From the NCBI GenBank assembly GCA_964578035.1, contig CAZOBR010000002.1:34-64033 (forward strand): a DNA stretch of 64,000 nt, given 5' to 3'. Position 1 is the stretch's first letter. The number at the start of each line of letters is the position of its first letter. Positions 60,639-64,000 of this stretch are shown here, in pieces. Origin of the DNA: an uncultured Gammaproteobacteria bacterium. Lineage in GTDB: Bacteria; Pseudomonadota; Gammaproteobacteria; Arenicellales; Arenicellaceae. Position numbers and translations under genes: made by a program. The notes below the pieces were generated by a model. It searched no databases. It worked only from the letters and a program-made list of their open reading frames with translations, and had not been told where the DNA came from.

Positions 60639-62264
60639 TCAATCACTTTCGATATAAGGCTCTAATAACTGATCTGTAAAAACAGAACCCAGGAGCATTG
60701 ATAACGTCTCTGGTATAAGAGACCCGCTTACCCCCTCAATTGCTTGCAATAAATTTTCACTTTTTTCTAAAAATTTATAAAAATGCAGTTCGTCTTGACC
60801 TAAGACTTTGGTTTGCACCGCATGGTCGCGCTTAAATACCAGTAAATTGTCTTGGCTTTGCGCCAGATCAATTGAAATTTCACCATCATAATCAGGTAAT
60901 GATTGCCGGTGAATTTCATAAATTGGGTAGCTCGACTCAATCAATACCACACTGCTATTAAAGCGCACGGGCATTGATAGTAGTTCTTCTTGCGCTACTT
61001 CAGCAGGGTTAATCGCAGTTGAGTTAACACAAAAATACGCGGTATGAAGCGCCCATTCGTATTCCGCTAAGTCATACAAATAGTGCAAGTCGTTTAAACC
61101 GTCAAAATGCGCAAACGCTTGATACAGTTGCTTGCCATAGCAATGAATATCACCCAATGACGGCGGCATCGACTGAATATGATGTTGTGCAATCTGCTTA
61201 AAAAAAGCGTCACCAACAACACCGTTTACAGCAGGGTATACACCAACTAAATAATCTTGCAGTGCCGCAAAAACATTGTTTTGATATATCCATAATCGGT
61301 GCTGATGTGTTTCAACTGCATTCGGTAAACTGGCATGTAATGATAAAACGCCTTGTAAAAACTGAGCTTGATAATCACCCAACGCGCTATCTGTATTACC
61401 GATGGTTTGGTCAATATTTTCTGCTTTAGGCGCGTTAACCTTTGCATTGCTGGCAATAATAACGTCGGCCTTTTCGCATTCTTCAAGCAGTACTGAAAAA
61501 TCAGGAAAATCGCTATCCCATTCAAACAGGGTGGGCTTTTTACCATGCCTTTGTATGGCATGTTCAAACAAATGCCATACCGGTTCATAAACAGGGTGAT
61601 TATGCGTGTCGATTAACACGGTCTCCGTAATGCCTTGTACTTCACGGGTGACTTCAGTGTAACCAGCCAAATGGTACTGGCCAATAGCCTCGCTGTTTAT
61701 CGCATTAAGATACTCATAAGCATCACGCTCAATATTCGTTGCGCTAACATGTACATTATTGATGTCCATCAATAAACCACAACCTGTGCGCTTGGCTAAC
61801 TCATTTAAAAAGTCTGGTTCTGGAATTTGCAGCTGGTCAAACAACAAGTAATTAGATGGGTTTTCAACTAAGATTTGCCGGCCTAACGCGTTTTGCATTT
61901 GATCTACATGCGCGCACATAATATCAAGCGCAGAATTGGTGAGTGGCAATGGTAATAAGTCGGGCAGGTGTTGATGTGAATACGCACTCCAAGCTAAATG
62001 TTCAGACACTAAGAGTGGGTCAACCTGATCGACCAGGGATTTTAGTTGCGCTAAATGCTCATCATTTAGCTTATCTGCCCTACCTAATGAAAGACCCACC
62101 CCGTGTAATGAAATTGGGTAGTTTTCGCGCAACTCAAGCAGCTTAGCGCGCGAAATAGACTCACCAAAGTAATTTTCTGAGTGGGCTTCTAAAAAACCAA
62201 ATGCAGGTTGCTCGGTAAAAACTGAATCAAATAATTCAGGGCGTATACCTATTCCAGTGTTCAC
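60639..62264 (-). CDS. Fused multinuclear non-heme iron oxidase (DUF692/MNIO, BufB-like) + DUF2063 partner (BufC-like)
   Basis: N-half: GIGIR, LEAHSENY, SLHGVGLSLG, VSEHLAW, DLLPLP, ILVENPS.Y, LLMDINN, HLAG, IDTH, FEWD; C-half: RLWIYQNNV..L...YP....VG..FF, DLAEYEWA; GTG start. Confidence 0.9.
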   Translation of the reverse strand: MNTGIGIRPELFDSVFTEQPAFGFLEAHSENYFGESISRAKLLELRENYPISLHGVGLSLGRADKLNDEHLAQLKSLVDQVDPLLVSEHLAWSAYSHQHLPDLLPLPLTNSALDIMCAHVDQMQNALGRQILVENPSNYLLFDQLQIPEPDFLNELAKRTGCGLLMDINNVHVSATNIERDAYEYLNAINSEAIGQYHLAGYTEVTREVQGITETVLIDTHNHPVYEPVWHLFEHAIQRHGKKPTLFEWDSDFPDFSVLLEECEKADVIIASNAKVNAPKAENIDQTIGNTDSALGDYQAQFLQGVLSLHASLPNAVETHQHRLWIYQNNVFAALQDYLVGVYPAVNGVVGDAFFKQIAQHHIQSMPPSLGDIHCYGKQLYQAFAHFDGLNDLHYLYDLAEYEWALHTAYFCVNSTAINPAEVAQEELLSMPVRFNSSVVLIESSYPIYEIHRQSLPDYDGEISIDLAQSQDNLLVFKRDHAVQTKVLGQDELHFYKFLEKSENLLQAIEGVSGSLIPETLSMLLGSVFTDQLLEPYIESD

Positions 62265-62307
62265 GAAAACTCCCCACCGGTTTATTTATCTGTTGAATAG
62301 ACTCGTC

Positions 62308-62592
62308 TTAACTGTCTTTTTCAGATGACTTTTTAGGCGCCTTTACGGATGCACCTACTATTTTGTCACAAAGCCCTTCAGGCATATAAACCCATTCATT
62401 TGGGTCATTATCAACGGTTGCATAACCAGCACATGCATGGCCATTTGCACCGCAGTCATTTTGACCGGCTTTTACAATACCTTGGCACTTTTCATAACCC
62501 TCTTTACCGGCGTGTGCAGTTGCAGGGCTAGCGATTAAAGCAGCTGCTAAAATTGCGGCAGCGGTTGTCGAAACAGTTGTTTTTGAACTCAT
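62308..62592 (-). CDS. Bufferin-type RiPP precursor (DUF2282/BufA1-like), 4 Cys
   Basis: Signal peptide ending AHA; EKCQGIVKAGQNDC, HACAG, W.YMPEGLCDKIVG. Confidence 0.88.
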   Translation of the reverse strand: MSSKTTVSTTAAAILAAALIASPATAHAGKEGYEKCQGIVKAGQNDCGANGHACAGYATVDNDPNEWVYMPEGLCDKIVGASVKAPKKSSEKDS

Positions 62593-62670
62593 TATTAACT
62601 ACTCATTAGTTTGTTGATTGAAAGTTGCCAATGTTCATATGCGATCACAATACATTGGCATGTAAAACGC

Positions 62671-62696
62671 AAAAAAGGTGATTCACATCACCTTTC
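62671..62696 (-). terminator. Terminator-like hairpin between the two precursor genes
   Basis: Minus strand GAAAGGTGAT-GTGA-ATCACCTTTTTT. Confidence 0.6.
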
Positions 62697-62784
62697 TCAC
62701 TTTAACATTTTTTGTGTAGGCCACTTCATCTATTTATCAATACATGAAAAGTGGCGCCACCAAATGCTGTCTAGCAAATTTTGT

Positions 62785-63174
62785 CTAGATCGGCTCGCCT
62801 TTGCTGTTTACTAAGCGGCCGCCAACAACTGACTCATCAGTTTGCTCAGCAACTTTAGCACAGGCTTTTGCAAGCTTTTTCTCTTTAGTGCCTTCTGGTG
62901 CTTCAGCAGTACCTGCGCAAATAGCGACAATGTTACCGCATGTGCCTTTTGGTACTTTAATCCATGCACCTGGCATGTTGTCTTCAGTTGCGTTGCCTTG
63001 ACATGAAATACCAAGTGACGTAACCGCACAAGTGTTTTTGCCACCTTTTACGATATCACCGCAACGCTCAGTTGATTTGGCAACCGCGACTGTAGAGGCG
63101 CTCATTAATGCGGCGGCTAGTACAGAAGATGCAACTGCAGAGCCAAGAGTTTTTTCAATTTTAGTGTGTTTCAT
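62785..63174 (-). CDS. Second, extended DUF2282-like precursor, 6 Cys
   Basis: Signal peptide; [31 protein letters not shown], then an insert containing ICAG and KAC before VVGG. Confidence 0.82.
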   Translation of the reverse strand: MKHTKIEKTLGSAVASSVLAAALMSASTVAVAKSTERCGDIVKGGKNTCAVTSLGISCQGNATEDNMPGAWIKVPKGTCGNIVAICAGTAEAPEGTKEKKLAKACAKVAEQTDESVVGGRLVNSKGEPI

Positions 63175-63420
63175 AGCGGGGTTAAATCCTCAGTAAAATT
63201 ATGTGTTTTGGTTAATACACTTATAAAGAACCATATTCACAATAAATACTTACACGCAATTGCGTAAATTTTGTTGGTTCAGACGGTTTTTTACGAATTT
63301 TCACAGTTTGCTAACTGTTTTTGACATAAAACTATCGTCGAGCAGTGCTGAATAAAGCATCAACAATGTCAGCAAACTAGTCTACTATTATAGACCTAAA
63401 CAAAAACACTCAACCCACTT

Positions 63421-64000
63421 ATGTTGCAAACAATTAATGAAAGCGGAATTTACACAATTGACGCGCTTTATCACAAACCAGAGCTTGCCTCGATTCATTT
63501 AGTCAAACAAAACGATCGAATTGCGATTATCGACACCGGCACACAGTATTCGGTTCCGCAAGTCGCATCGGCTTTAGCTGAACTTGGCTTAGGCTATGAC
63601 AATGTTGATTTTATTATCTTGACGCACATTCACCTAGATCATGCGGGTGGCGCAAGCGCTTTGATGAACTTATGCAAAAATGCCAGACTGATTGTTCATC
63701 CAAAAGGCGCGCGCCACATGCAAGACCCAAGCAAACTCATTGCTGGGGCATCGGCTGTTTATGGGGAAGCCAAATTCAAAGAACTGTATGGTGAGATTGG
63801 TGGTATTAATGCAGAGCTCATTATTCAACCTGAGGATAATCACACGATTGATTTTGATGGGCGACCACTGACCTTTATTGATACACCAGGTCATGCCAGT
63901 CACCATCACTGTATTGTCGACAGTAGCACCAAAAGTGTATTCACTGGCGATACCTTAGGCGTAGGTTATAAAGCATTACGCAGTGACACTCATGCTTATA
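63421..64000 (+). CDS. MBL-fold metallo-hydrolase (partial, runs off window)
   Basis: Manual translation MLQTINESGIYTIDALY...IIDTG...ILTHIHLDHAGGA...DTPGHASHH...FTGD; HxHxDH motif; not in ORF track. Confidence 0.9.
   Translation, partial: MLQTINESGIYTIDALYHKPELASIHLVKQNDRIAIIDTGTQYSVPQVASALAELGLGYDNVDFIILTHIHLDHAGGASALMNLCKNARLIVHPKGARHMQDPSKLIAGASAVYGEAKFKELYGEIGGINAELIIQPEDNHTIDFDGRPLTFIDTPGHASHHHCIVDSSTKSVFTGDTLGVGYKALRSDTHAY

Noticed and set aside
63247-63255. GTGTAAGT (minus strand) upstream of the first precursor, repeated near 60631-60638 before doxX, as a shared ECF -35 element
   Set aside because: The downstream -10 regions do not agree, and an 8-mer in AT-rich DNA is weak evidence without TSS data

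Overview
A 64 kb core-chromosome segment of a gammaproteobacterium. Gene content and AT-rich intergenic regions suggest a marine Arenicella-like lineage, but this is inference only. Most of the window is housekeeping: rpmE (partial), rsmA-pdxA, glmU-glmS-uvrD, dapF-DUF484-xerC, ftsYEX, rpoH, gor, mutM-hemY-hemX plus a hemC-hemD fusion, argH-lptM-lysA-prlC, xthA, cobB, hslR-hemW, purD-thyA-folA-rpiA, folD, tatABC, hisBHAFIE and gluQ. I saw no rRNA, tRNA, CRISPR array, prophage or IS. The densest novelty is in the last 6 kb. (i) A bufferin-like RiPP cluster with two signal-peptide Cys-rich precursors (one with an extra Cys pair), a fused DUF692 (MNIO)-DUF2063 enzyme and DoxX. (ii) A 4 x 51-bp tandem array built from CsrA/RsmA-type GGA hairpins, with an inverted copy of the same fold but different stem sequence. 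(iii) An unannotated ~120-nt sRNA candidate with a sigma70 promoter, three hairpins, two CCAACCC loops and a terminator. Other points of note: a perfect CIRCE operator upstream of rpoH, a MutM lacking the 8-oxoG capping loop, an xerC that needs a non-canonical ATC start, an attTn7 site that falls inside uvrD, and a three-gene sulfotransferase cluster. All calls come from reading the sequence and recalled family motifs; no database searches were run.
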